DNA of 32,000 bases, from sequence record LT986467.1; one strand, written 5' to 3'. The notes beneath the pieces are model-generated. The model was given only the letters and a program-made list of their open reading frames with translations, had not been told where the DNA came from and did no database searches. This document shows, piece after piece, positions 13,814 to 24,363 of the stretch; position 1 is the first letter of the stretch, and every line of letters begins with the position of its first letter. A program made the position numbers and the translations under genes.

Positions 13814-14033
13814 ATCATTATAATAATATATTAATAAATATAATAATAAAGTATATAAAATATATATAATAATATTTATATATTATTAATATAATATTTA
13901 TATAAATAAAATTATTAAATAAAAAATAAGATTATAATCTTTGTTATTATATTAATTATAATCAACATTATATTATATTATATTATATTATATTATCCAA
14001 TAAATAATTAAGTTTAATAGTGATCAATATTCA

Positions 14034-14096
14034 TATTAATATTTAATATTTAATATTTAATATTTAATATTTTATATTTAATATTTTATATTAATT
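14034..14096. repeat. (ATTTAAT)n heptanucleotide repeat, about 8-9 units
   Basis: Direct reading: atttaat x4, attttat, atttaat, attttat, attaatt. Confidence 0.85.
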
Positions 14097-14342
14097 ATGG
14101 AGAATTTATTATTATTATTTAATATAATAAGATAAATATAAATGTAAATGAATAAATTATATAAAAGCATATTAATTAATTAGGGGTCTTTACATCTTAA
14201 TAAATAAAAATATAAGATATTAATTCATAAATATATATATATATAATTATAAAATATATATATATATATAAATAATAAGAAATTATCATTTTTATTATTT
14301 TTTTTATTATTATAAAAAGTTATAATATAAAAATATTTATTT

Positions 14343-14430
14343 AGTTCCGGGGCCCGGTTACGGGAACCGGAACCCCGATAGGAGTGAGGGACCCCCTCCC
14401 CGTTAGGGAGGGGTGACCGAACCCCTCGTT
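14343..14430 (+). repeat. GC cluster, modules M3+M4
   Basis: AGTTCCGGGGCCCGGTTACGGGAACCGGAACCCCGATAGG + AGTGAGGGACCCCCTCCCCGTTAGGGAGGGGTGACCGAACCCCTCGTT. It is nearly identical to 28431-28518. Confidence 0.9.
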
Positions 14431-14713
14431 ATTTATTTATTAAAAAATATATATATCTTAATATAATTATAATTATTAAAATATTCTTTATATATATATA
14501 TTTATATATACATTTTATTTATTTATAATGAATATAAAAACCTTTTATTAGTAAAAATAAATATCTATATTATATATAAATGTGTATTTATTAATATAAA
14601 TACTCATTAGTAATTTATTATAGTTATTAATAATAATTTATAATTTATTACCCTACTTATTAATTTTATAAAGATCAATATTAATTACTTAATGAACAAT
14701 AGGATTAATTTTT

Positions 14714-14762
14714 ATTTTTAATTTTAATTTTAATTTTAATTTTAATTTTAATTTTAATTTAA
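14714..14762. repeat. (AATTTT)n hexanucleotide repeat, 6 perfect units plus imperfect ends
   Basis: Direct reading of the sequence. Confidence 0.85.
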
Positions 14763-14927
14763 TTGTGAGTAAATTAATAAATATATATATTAAAAATATT
14801 AGGATAAGTAATATATATATTATATATTATATTTTAATATATCACAAAATAATAAAATTTATTAATATGGATAATATTATATAATATTAATATTTATTAT
14901 TTTTTATTATTATTAAAAAAAAAATAT

Positions 14928-15017
14928 AGGGGAGGAATAAATAATATAATAAGTTATAAATAAGAAGATATTATGGATCCCATAAATAATTATTATTATC
15001 AATAATAATAGGGATCC
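14928..15017 (+). repeat. ori-like copy 5: short C-like box (AGGGGAGGA) only about 35 nt from a B/A pair whose arms are GGATCCC / GGGATCC
   Basis: TAAGAAGATATTATGGATCCCATAAATAATTATTATTATCAATAATAATAGGGATCCA. The two arms are perfectly complementary to each other but differ from the canonical GGGTCCC/GGGACCC. Confidence 0.7.
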
Positions 15018-15467
15018 ATTTATAATATAAAATATGAATAATTTATATTAAATAAAATATATAAATAATACATATATATTATTAATATAAAATATAATAA
15101 TAATATAAAAATATTTATAATAATTATATAAATATATAAATAATATAATACGAGTTCAACATTATTAGTTGTTCACAGATAATATTAAACCCTATTGTTA
15201 TTATTATAATAAATTAAAAATAATAATAATTATTATACTCTTAATTAATACTAATTACAATGATTAAAAATATATAAAAATATTATAAAATTAATATATA
15301 CTTTTTTTTATAAAAATAATATAATATTTATATTATTATAAATAATAATAATAATAAATAGTCTGAATAATGATTATTTATATTTATTTGAAATCAATAA
15401 TATAAATAATATAATAAATAATTAATAATAAGATATATAATATATAAATAATTAACAATAAGATATT

Positions 15468-15513
15468 TGGGTCCCATAATAAATTATTATTATCGATAAT
15501 AATTGGGACCCCC
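15468..15513 (+). repeat. ori-like copy 6: an A/B unit only (TGGGTCCC ... GGGACCCCC)
   Basis: AATAAGATATTTGGGTCCCATAATAAATTATTATTATCGATAATAATTGGGACCCCC. No cluster C or promoter lies upstream. Confidence 0.7.
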
Positions 15514-15912
15514 ATCTATAAATATAAATATTAAAATAATATATAAATATATAATAATATATTATATAATAATAAATAATAATAAATATATATATATATT
15601 TTATATATATAAATTATAATAAAATAATAATTATATAAGTTTTATTAATATTATTAAAAAAAATAATAATCTTTGTCTCAATAGAATAGTGACCCTATAG
15701 TAGTATAAATTATCCTTTCATAAAGTAAATAATTATTTATAATAATAATTTAGGATTTATGATTAATAAATAGAAGAAATATTTTATTCCTTTAAAAATT
15801 ATATACATAAATTAATTAATTAATATATATTTTATAAATTAATCATTATTTATTTCAAATAAATATTACTATAAAAAAAAATATATATAAATTTTTATAA
15901 ATATAAATATAT

Positions 15913-15996
15913 AGTCCGACCCACCATTTGAGAGGACGGACGCCGAAGGAGTGAGGGACCCCCTCCCGTTAGGGAGGGGTGACCGAACCCCTCGTT
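15913..15996 (+). repeat. GC cluster: an AGTCCGACCC...GGACGCCGAAGG module followed by M4
   Basis: AGTCCGACCCACCATTTGAGAGGACGGACGCCGAAGG + AGTGAGGGACCCCCTCCCGTTAGGGAGGGGTGACCGAACCCCTCGTT. Confidence 0.9.
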
Positions 15997-16176
15997 ATAT
16001 AAATAATAAAGAATAAAATAATATTATTAAAAGTTTAAGCAATAGCCATGAAGAATTATTACTATTATTAAATAATTAAAAGAAATAATTTTTATATAAT
16101 TTATAATAAAAGAATAATTTATATATATATAATTTATATAAAAAAAATAAAGATAATAATTAATTAATTAATTAAT

Positions 16177-17527
16177 CTAATCTAATAAAATATTTTTTAA
16201 GATATATTTATTTATAAATACATTATCATTTTTAATATATTTAGCAATTTCATGTTTAGTCTCGGTTCCAATCGGTATTCCGAAAGGAGAACAATTAAAA
16301 TGTAATCCATTAAGTACATATCTAGTGAAAGTCATAATTAATAGATTATTTAAATCATATACAAATACTTCTACATTTGTTATATTCTTTATACTATTAA
16401 TAATATTATAAAGTCTATATATATAATATTTATTATATAATGGTTTATTATTATTAATAATATTATTATATAATTCAATATTATAATCAATTTTATTAAT
16501 ACCTTTTTTTATTAAAATTTATAATATATTCAATATAATTTATAATATCTTTATTATTAATTTTATGTTTTTATATAAATATTAATAACAGATTATCAAT
16601 TTATAAAAATCTGGACTATTGTATTTAATATTATATTAATTTATATTATTAAATTTAGGGATAATAACATAATATAAAAATCTATATTAGCTAGTATTAA
16701 ATTAATAATATTACATTTATTAAGTTTAGATAAATAAATTATATCATTTCAATTATTTAATAAATAATTTTTTATAAATATTGATGTATTATTAATAAGT
16801 TTTCAATTATTTAAAATATAATCTTTAATAACTTATAATGTTTTTTTACTTTTTTTATGTTATGAAATAAATAAATAATTTACAACTATTTCTTTTACTT
16901 TCAATAAATAATTAATCTTTATTTAGTTTATAAAAAACTAAAAATTCAATTATCATTTATATAATTATTATAAATTTATATATTATCAATAATTACATAA
17001 TTATTAATTAATAATTTATAATTTAATAATTCTTTATTTGATGATACTTTATTTAAACTTTTTATTAATCTTTTAATTTATAATAGCTATAATATTTTAT
17101 AGTTATATAAAAATATTTATAAAAAAAAAAAAATAGATAATAAATTATCACTTATTCATTGTTTCTTTATTACTAGTAATTAAACCGATAGCTCTCTAAT
17201 ATTAATATTATTAGGTATTTTTAAATTATTTTTAATATGTTATAAATAGGAGATATCATCTTTATGTAAATGGAATCCATAAAAGAATTTTTAATCTTTT
17301 TATAGACCTTTTATATAAAAAGAACCATCTCCATCTGTAAATCCTACTAATCATTTATGAAAATTATTAATTTATAAATTATTTAATTTTAAATTATCTT
17401 CATTATTATTTTTTTGAACAATAATTAAATTATTATTTAAAGAAGTATGATATCCTCTTTTAATAACATTTATATTTTTTATATAAGGTGATTGAATAGA
17501 ATATATTTCTATATTTTTATTATATTT
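16177..17527 (-). pseudogene. Decayed free-standing LAGLIDADG endonuclease gene downstream of COX2 (RF1/ORF1-like)
   Basis: The minus strand at about 17165-17365 reads NNFHKWLVGFTDGDGSFYIKGL*KD*KFFYGFHLHKDDISYL*HIKNNLKIPNNINIRELSV*LLVIKKQW.... The LAGLIDADG motif is intact, but TAA stops recur in frame. Only the last ~108 codons are open (16180-16503, KGINKIDYNIELYNN...VFVYDLNNLLIMTFTRYVLNGLHFNCSPFGIPIGTETKHEIAKYIKNDNVFINKYILKNILLD), ending at TAG 16177-16179. Confidence 0.65.
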
Positions 17528-17539
17528 AAGAATATTATT
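17528..17539 (-). terminator. mRNA 3'-end processing dodecamer AAUAAUAUUCUU for COX2
   Basis: An exact AATAATATTCTT on the minus strand (plus-strand aagaatattatt), 80 nt downstream of the COX2 stop. I found no other exact copy in the window. Confidence 0.8.
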
Positions 17540-17619
17540 ATAATTATTATTATTATTAGTATTTTTAAAAATTAAATTATTATTAATAATTAAAAAATTT
17601 AATAATAAATAGATATTAA

Positions 17620-18375
17620 TTATTGTTCATTTAATCATTCCAAAAATTTAGGTAATGATACTGCTTCAATTTTAATTGGTATGTTGGCATGTCCCAGCCC
17701 GCACAATTCACTGCATGCCCCATAGAAAACACCTTCTCTTTGAATTAAAGCAGAAACTTGATTTAATCTACCAGGAGTAGCATCAACTTTAATACCTAAA
17801 CTTGGGATAGCGAAATCATGAATAACATCAGCAGCTGTTACAACAAATCTAATATGTGTATCTACAGGTACAACTATAGAAGTATCAGTATCTAATAATC
17901 TTAATTGTCCTTCTTCTAATAAATCATCAGGAATAACATATGATTCAAATTCAACAGTTTCACCACTATCATTAATAAAATCTGAATATTCATATTTTCA
18001 ATATCATTGATATCCAATAGCTTTAATAGTTATAGCTGGTGAAATAACTTCATCACATAAATATAATAAAATAAATGAAGGAAAAGCAATAATTAATAAA
18101 ATTACAGCTGGAAAAATTGTTCAAATAACTTCAATAGTTTGTCCATGTTTAATATATTTATATGCAATAGGATTTTTTGAATATGTTATAACAATTGTAT
18201 ATAACATTCAAGATACTAAACCTAAAATAACTAATAAATAAAACATAATATTATCATGTAATTCTAAAATACCTTCTTGATTTGGTGTTGCTGAATCCTG
18301 AAAATAACATGCATAAGGTGTTGGTACATCATTCATAATGAATGTTGTTAATTGTAATCTTAATAAATAAAACAT
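17620..18375 (-). CDS. COX2: Cytochrome c oxidase subunit 2 (251 codons plus TAA)
   Basis: With code 3 it reads [251 protein letters not shown]. Confidence 0.97.
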
Positions 18376-18427
18376 TTAATAAATCTTAACCTTTAGACTA
18401 TTTTGTCTATTTATAATATGTTAATAC

Positions 18428-18436
18428 TACTTTTAT
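18428..18436 (-). promoter_or_regulatory. Candidate COX2 promoter, variant nonanucleotide ATAAAAGTA
   Basis: The minus strand reads TTTATAAAAGTAGTATTAAC.... The predicted +1 A at 18428 gives a 53-nt leader, close to the ~54-nt COX2 leader I recall for S. cerevisiae. The box differs from the ATATAAGTA consensus at one position. Confidence 0.5.
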
Positions 18437-18446
18437 AAATATAAAT

Positions 18447-18496
18447 AAAAATAGTAATAGAAATAGAAATAGAAATAGAAATAGAAATATAAATAT
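18447..18496. repeat. (AAATAG)n hexanucleotide repeat abutting a GC cluster
   Basis: Four perfect units at 18461-18484, with imperfect units on both sides. Confidence 0.85.
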
Positions 18497-18499
18497 AAA

Positions 18500-18550
18500 C
18501 CCCGCGGGCGCCAATCCGGTTGTTCACCGAATTGGTATTGATACCGTGGG
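18500..18550. repeat. GC cluster, hairpin family 2
   Basis: CCCCGCGGGCGCCAATCCGGTTGTTCACCGAATTGGTATTGATACCGTGGG. It shares the CCCCGCGGGCGCC head and the GGTTGTTCACC loop with 11577-11629. Confidence 0.85.
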
Positions 18551-19152
18551 AAATATAAATATAATATTATTAATACTTATTAATTTTTAATATATAATTA
18601 AACATTTTAACTATTTTATTATATATTATTTAATTTATATTATTTATATAATATTATTAATCATAATATATCTTCTTTCATAATAATAATATTAATATCA
18701 TATATTAATTAATTAATTAATTAATTAATATTTATTTATATAACTTAATTATTTATTATATATAATATATAATATATATAATTTATATATATATATAAAT
18801 ATATAAAATTATAAATATAATTATTATTATTATTATAATATATTATTTATTATACTTTTTTATTATTAATTTATATATTATACTAATTAAGAAATTATTA
18901 TTTATATTATATAACATAATATATAATTTTTTTTTAATGAAATTATATACATTTATTTATTTAATTATATAGAATATATATTTATTTAATAATAATAATA
19001 TCTTATAGATAAATATACATTATATGTTTTTTATTAATTATTTATTAATTAATTAATATTTAAATATTATATATATTTTTTTTTTTATTAATTAAGATTA
19101 ATATATATATAATTATTTATTAATATTTATATATAAATTATTATAATCATTA

Positions 19153-19226
19153 TACTTGTAGAAGGAATTGAACCTTACATTATTTATTTATGAGACAAAT
19201 GTTTTAACCAATTAAACTATACAAGC
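19153..19226 (-). tRNA. trnM: tRNA-Met (CAU), elongator type
   Basis: RNA sense: GCTTGTATAGTTTAATTGGTTAAAACATTTGTCTCATAAATAAATAATGTAAGGTTCAATTCCTTCTACAAGTA. It folds as a cloverleaf with anticodon loop CTCATAA. Confidence 0.93.
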
Positions 19227-19275
19227 TCTTTTTAGGATTACAATACCTCAAATCGAATCCCAAAATCCATAAATT

Positions 19276-19306
<31 letters not shown>

Positions 19307-20479
19307 TAGATGCTAATACCTTTATAAATATAATATAATATAATATAATATAATATAATATAATAAAGATATTTATTTATTTATTTTTTATAAAGTGGTG
19401 ATACTATAAAAATATTAATAATATACTTTTTAATAATTTATAATATAATAACTAATACAATAATTATAAATAATAATTTTATAAAATAAATATATAATAT
19501 ATTTATGATTATAAAAAAGATATAATTAAAATTAATATATATATATATATATATATGAAAATATATTATTAATTAATTAATTAATTAATTAATAATATTA
19601 ATATATCCGTTAATTAAATAAAATTTATATCAACATTATTTTATTATACATTTAATAATATTTAATAATATTAAATATATATATCATTATAATATTTTTT
19701 ATTATAATAATAATTTATAAAAATTACAATTAATTTAAATTTAATAATATTATTTATAAATATATAAATATAAATAAGGTATCTTATACTATTTATTATA
19801 ATAAATTATAAATAATTTATCATAATAATTATAATTTATATATATCTATTTATTTTTTATATAAATTTTTTATATACTTTTTTAATCTCTTATATTATAA
19901 TATATGAGAATACTAAAGGAGTAGTAAATATATAACTACTTCATTATACCTTATCAAATATTATAAAATAATATAAAATGTAAAAACTTATAAAATAAAA
20001 TTAATTAATTAATTAATATATATAAATATATTTATTATATATAATATAATATTGATAATTATTATTATATACTCTTTTTTTATATATCATTTAAATATTT
20101 ATAAATATTTAATAATAATATATAATATTTATAATATAAATAATAATCATTAAAAAATTAAAAATATATATAAAATAGTTTTATCTTTATAAAATTATAA
20201 AAAAAAATATAAAATATATTAAATTATTAATAATTATATATAATGAATAATATAAAATTAATATATTTCAATAAATATAATATTTATTATAACTACCATA
20301 ATTAATATTAATTATTATAATAAATTTTATAAAAATAATTAATAATAATTTATTATTATTATTATTAAATACATATTTAGTTTTATAATATCAATATGGA
20401 AACCAATAAGAATTCTGTAAAGAGATATTATTATATATATATATATAATATATAAATTATTAAATATTATATATATTAT

Positions 20480-20551
20480 CGTCCTCAATAGGAATTGAAC
20501 CCATCTATTCTCATTAACAGTGAGATGCTTTAACCGATAAGCTATAAGGAC
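20480..20551 (-). tRNA. trnN: tRNA-Asn (GUU)
   Basis: GTCCTTATAGCTTATCGGTTAAAGCATCTCACTGTTAATGAGAATAGATGGGTTCAATTCCTATTGAGGACG. Confidence 0.93.
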
Positions 20552-20999
20552 ATATTATATGAAAAGAAAGATATCTATTTATTGAATTAAAAACCCTTAT
20601 ATATATATATATATTTAATAAAAGAATAAAAATTTAACTCTAAAATTATATTTTTATTAAATGCGGATACTAATTATTTTATTTATTTTGATTAATTAAT
20701 TAATAAAAGTATACACTTTATAATTATTAATTTTATGTTTTTATAAAAATATTAATAAAAAAAATAATATAAATTAATTAATTAATTAATTATAAAAATT
20801 ATTTATTATTATTTATTTATTTATTTATATATATTATTATAATCATTTAATAAAATAAAGATATAGTAATTATATAAATCTTTTAAATAAAATATATATA
20901 TTTTATATATTAAATTAAGTATAAGATTGATTATTCAATGGGTTATATTATTTTTTATGAGTTAAAGATTATTATAATAATAAATTAATTAATTAATTA

Positions 21000-21084
21000 T
21001 GAAGGGAATAGGAATTGAACCTATGAAGACCTAAGTCATTGAGTTTACAGCTCAACTCCAACTACCAACATTGAAAATCCCTCC
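21000..21084 (-). tRNA. trnY: tRNA-Tyr (GUA), long variable arm
   Basis: GGAGGGATTTTCAATGTTGGTAGTTGGAGTTGAGCTGTAAACTCAATGACTTAGGTCTTCATAGGTTCAATTCCTATTCCCTTCA. Confidence 0.93.
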
Positions 21085-21398
21085 TTATATATATACATAT
21101 ATATTAATTATCTTAATATAATATATATATTTATATAATATATATATTTATCTTTAATTATATAAATTATATTACAAATTATTTATATTATTATTTAAAT
21201 AGTAATAATTTTATTAAATTTTATTAATAATAAATAAATAAATAAATAAATAAAAACTATTAATATTTATTTTATTTATTATAAATTAAATAATTATTTT
21301 ATATATATAATTATATTTATTAATGAACACTTTATCCTTATATTTATATTTAAATTTATATAAGAGTATTATTATTAATATATTAATGATATAAGATA

Positions 21399-21471
21399 TG
21401 AAACTAACAGGGATTGAACCTATATTTGTACCTTATCAAAATACTATTCTAACCAATTGAATTATAGTTTC
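21399..21471 (-). tRNA. trnI: tRNA-Ile (GAU)
   Basis: GAAACTATAATTCAATTGGTTAGAATAGTATTTTGATAAGGTACAAATATAGGTTCAATCCCTGTTAGTTTCA. Confidence 0.93.
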
Positions 21472-21815
21472 TATTTCATTAATTATTATAATTATAAATT
21501 AATATATAATAATATCAACTCCACAATTAAATTTAATTTAATTAAAATTTCAATAAATAAAATTGGGCGTTAACATTACTAATTGGTTACTAAGTTGAAC
21601 CTTTTTTAATAATGGAAAATGTTAATTATAATTTATAATTTTATATTTTTTATTATATAATATTAATAATTTAATTAAAACATTATTATTATATTCTAAT
21701 ATTAATTTACATTATTTAATTAAGGATTAATTAATTAATTAATTAATTTATTAATTATATTTAATATATATATATATATATAATTTATTTTTTTTATATA
21801 ATATAATATAATTAT

Positions 21816-21888
21816 TGGAGTTAATGAGACTTGAACTCATATTAAATGCATGCAACGCAATCGTTCTACCAAATTTAACTATAACCCC
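21816..21888 (-). tRNA. trnA: tRNA-Ala (UGC), with a G3:U70 pair
   Basis: GGGGTTATAGTTAAATTTGGTAGAACGATTGCGTTGCATGCATTTAATATGAGTTCAAGTCTCATTAACTCCA. Confidence 0.93.
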
Positions 21889-21960
21889 TTTATATTAATA
21901 ATAATATAAATTATTATTTTCTTATATAATTATAATATTTATTATATGTAACTATATTAT

Positions 21961-21969
21961 TACTTATAA
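21961..21969 (-). promoter_or_regulatory. Candidate promoter TTATAAGTA upstream of tRNA-Ala
   Basis: The plus strand reads tacttataa, 73 nt upstream of the tRNA-Ala 5' end. It fits the (A/T)TATAAGTA consensus. Confidence 0.45.
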
Positions 21970-22301
21970 TAATTATATATTAATAAAGAATTATTAAAGA
22001 ATATAGAATTAAATAAATCTTTATTTTATTAATTTATAAAAAGTAAGTTTTTAATATATTATTTATCTCCTTTTAAAATAAAATATCTATTAATTTTATA
22101 TAAAAATATATAATAATAATAATAAAATTATCTTTTAAATATAAATAATAATATATGTTTATTTTATTTAATTATATATATAAAATATATATATATAATT
22201 TATATAATTAATATATATAAATAATTAATAATTAATTAATAAATAGGTATTATTTAATAAATAATATTTATTATATATAATATAATAATAATAATAATAA
22301 T

Positions 22302-22372
22302 AATATCTTATAGGATTTGAACCTATATAATTAGATTCGTATTCTAATATTTTACCATTAAATTAAAGATAT
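22302..22372 (-). tRNA. trnR2: tRNA-Arg (ACG)
   Basis: ATATCTTTAATTTAATGGTAAAATATTAGAATACGAATCTAATTATATAGGTTCAAATCCTATAAGATATT. Confidence 0.9.
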
Positions 22373-22375
22373 ATA

Positions 22376-22458
22376 CGGAAAATATGAGATTCGAACTCAT
22401 AAGAATTTACAATTCAATTACTTAGCAAATAATCCACTTTACCTATAGTTAATTTTCC
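22376..22458 (-). tRNA. trnS1: tRNA-Ser (GCU), long variable arm. It lies 3 nt upstream of tRNA-Arg(ACG).
   Basis: GGAAAATTAACTATAGGTAAAGTGGATTATTTGCTAAGTAATTGAATTGTAAATTCTTATGAGTTCGAATCTCATATTTTCCG. Confidence 0.92.
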
Positions 22459-22638
22459 TATTTATAAATACTTAATATTATATAAATAAAAAATATTAAT
22501 ATAATAATAATATTATAAATATTAATATTTAAAGAATGAAATATACACCTTCCTATCCTTATAAAAAAAAAATTATCCATTATAACTATTTAATATATTA
22601 TATTTTATTAATTATTAAAATTTTAAGTTTTAATATAA

Positions 22639-22647
22639 TACTTATAT
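22639..22647 (-). promoter_or_regulatory. Candidate promoter ATATAAGTA upstream of tRNA-Ser/tRNA-Arg
   Basis: An exact match (plus-strand tacttatat), 181 nt upstream of the tRNA-Ser 5' end. Confidence 0.5.
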
Positions 22648-23231
22648 CTTTTATCATTTTATTAATTACTTCTTACATAAATTTATTACTCCTTATATTA
22701 ATTTATTATTATTTTTATATAATATTATATATTATTAAAAACTATTTATAATAAATAAATAATAATAAAAAAATAAGATATATATAAAATATATATATAT
22801 ATATATATATAAATTAAATATAAATTATTATAAATATCCTAAAATTAAATTTAATTTAATTAATTAAATTATATATAATTCTATTGTTTTATTAATAAGA
22901 TAATATAATATAATATAATATAATATAATATAATTATAAAGGTGATAATTAATAATATATTAGTTTTGGAAGGAATTATTATATATTTTTTTCATTAATA
23001 TATTTTTATATATTTATAATAAAAAAATTCATTATTTAATTAATATTATTAATCTTTTAAATATATAATAAGGTATTAATTAATTAATTATTTATAAAAA
23101 AGATTAATAATAATATAAAGTAATTTATTATTAATAAATATGATAGTATTATATTATTATTTATTTTAATAAAAAATAAATTATTAAATATATATATATT
23201 TTTATTTTTATTAATATTAAAGTATGATATA

Positions 23232-23303
23232 CGAATCTAATCAGATTTGCACTGACATCCTCCATTATGACAAAATGGTACTTTACTATTAAGCTACAGA
23301 TCC
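23232..23303 (-). tRNA. trnD: tRNA-Asp (GUC)
   Basis: GGATCTGTAGCTTAATAGTAAAGTACCATTTTGTCATAATGGAGGATGTCAGTGCAAATCTGATTAGATTCG. Confidence 0.9.
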
Positions 23304-23421
23304 TTTATTTTTATTATTATTATTATTATTATTATTAAAAATTATTTATTTTATTATTATAATTATTATAAATTAAATATATTAATTATATATATATTTA
23401 ATATATATATATTATTTATTT

Positions 23422-23641
23422 AGTGAACACCTATATTTATATAGGTGTGAATGCCCGTAGGGGAGTTTCGGGGCCCGGCCACGGGTGCCGAAACCCCGAA
23501 TAGGAGTGAACACCTTATATTTATAAAGGTGTGAATGCCCGTAGGGGAGTTCCGGGGCCCGGTAACGGGAACCGGAACCCCGATAGGAGTGAGGGACCCC
23601 CTCATTACTCCCGTGAGGGAGGGGTGACCGAACCCCTCGTT
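23422..23641 (+). repeat. Compound GC cluster, five modules (M2, M1, M2', M3, and M4 with a 7-nt insert)
   Basis: AGTGAACACCTATATTTATATAGGTGTGAATGCCCGTAGGGG / AGTTTCGGGGCCCGGCCACGGGTGCCGAAACCCCGAATAGG / AGTGAACACCTTATATTTATAAAGGTGTGAATGCCCGTAGGGG / AGTTCCGGGGCCCGGTAACGGGAACCGGAACCCCGATAGG / AGTGAGGGACCCCCTC-ATTACTC-CCGTGAGGGAGGGGTGACCGAACCCCTCGTT. Confidence 0.9.
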
Positions 23642-24108
23642 ATTAATTAATTAATAAATAATATAAAAATACTTATTATATATAAATATTTATTATTATT
23701 ATATAAGATTTATAATATATATTTATTTATTAAGATTAATATAAGATTTTATTAATATGTAGACTATTTAATATATTAATTATTAATATTTCTATGAAAT
23801 ACCCATTAAAGTAAAGTGATGACTATTAAATATATTATTAAGAGTTTTTTTTTATAAGATTATTATAATATTATAATTTATTATAAATTATTATTAAAAT
23901 GTTTTAATTTTATTAAATATTTATATATAATAATATTGTATTATTTTTAATATATATTTAGAATAAAAATTATATTTATATTAAATTATTAATTATAACT
24001 TTAAAAGGATAATTATAATAATAAATTATTATTAACATTTATTATAATTAAATTATAAATTAATTATAAGGTTAATATTATTAAAAAAAAATAATAATAA
24101 CTTTATTT

Positions 24109-24152
24109 AGTTCCGGAGCCCGGTAACGGGAACCGGAACCCCGATAGGAGTT
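24109..24152 (+). repeat. Solitary GC-cluster module M3
   Basis: AGTTCCGGAGCCCGGTAACGGGAACCGGAACCCCGATAGGAGTT, flanked directly by TTATTT sequence on both sides. Confidence 0.9.
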
Positions 24153-24247
24153 ATTTATTTATTATAAATTAAATATATTAATTTTTATTATTATAAATTA
24201 TAATAAATAATTAATTATAGGATAAAATATTTATTAATTATATTAAT

Positions 24248-24319
24248 TATAGATAGCGAGAATCGAACTCGCATTCAATGTTTGGAAGACATCCAGTTTA
24301 CCAATTAACTTATATCTAT
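24248..24319 (-). tRNA. trnG: tRNA-Gly (UCC)
   Basis: ATAGATATAAGTTAATTGGTAAACTGGATGTCTTCCAAACATTGAATGCGAGTTCGATTCTCGCTATCTATA. Confidence 0.92.
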
Positions 24320-24363
24320 TATCATTGTTTCATTTATTAATAATGAACTAAAATATTATATAA

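Noticed and set aside
21545-21615. GGGCGTTAACATTACTAATTGGTTACTAAGTTGAACC...GGAAAATGTTAA upstream of tRNA-Ile, considered as a possible small RNA or tRNA-like element.
   Set aside because: There is only a short imperfect inverted repeat (TTAACATT/AATGTTAA). It has no cloverleaf and no second copy in the window, so the evidence is insufficient.
22536-22751. A 71-aa hydrophobic plus-strand ORF. The plus-strand ORFs at 25523-25723 and 27231-27428 are similar.
   Set aside because: They are AT-composition artefacts. The latter two are antisense to the tRNA-Gln/Leu and tRNA-Cys genes, and the first overlaps a minus-strand promoter box.
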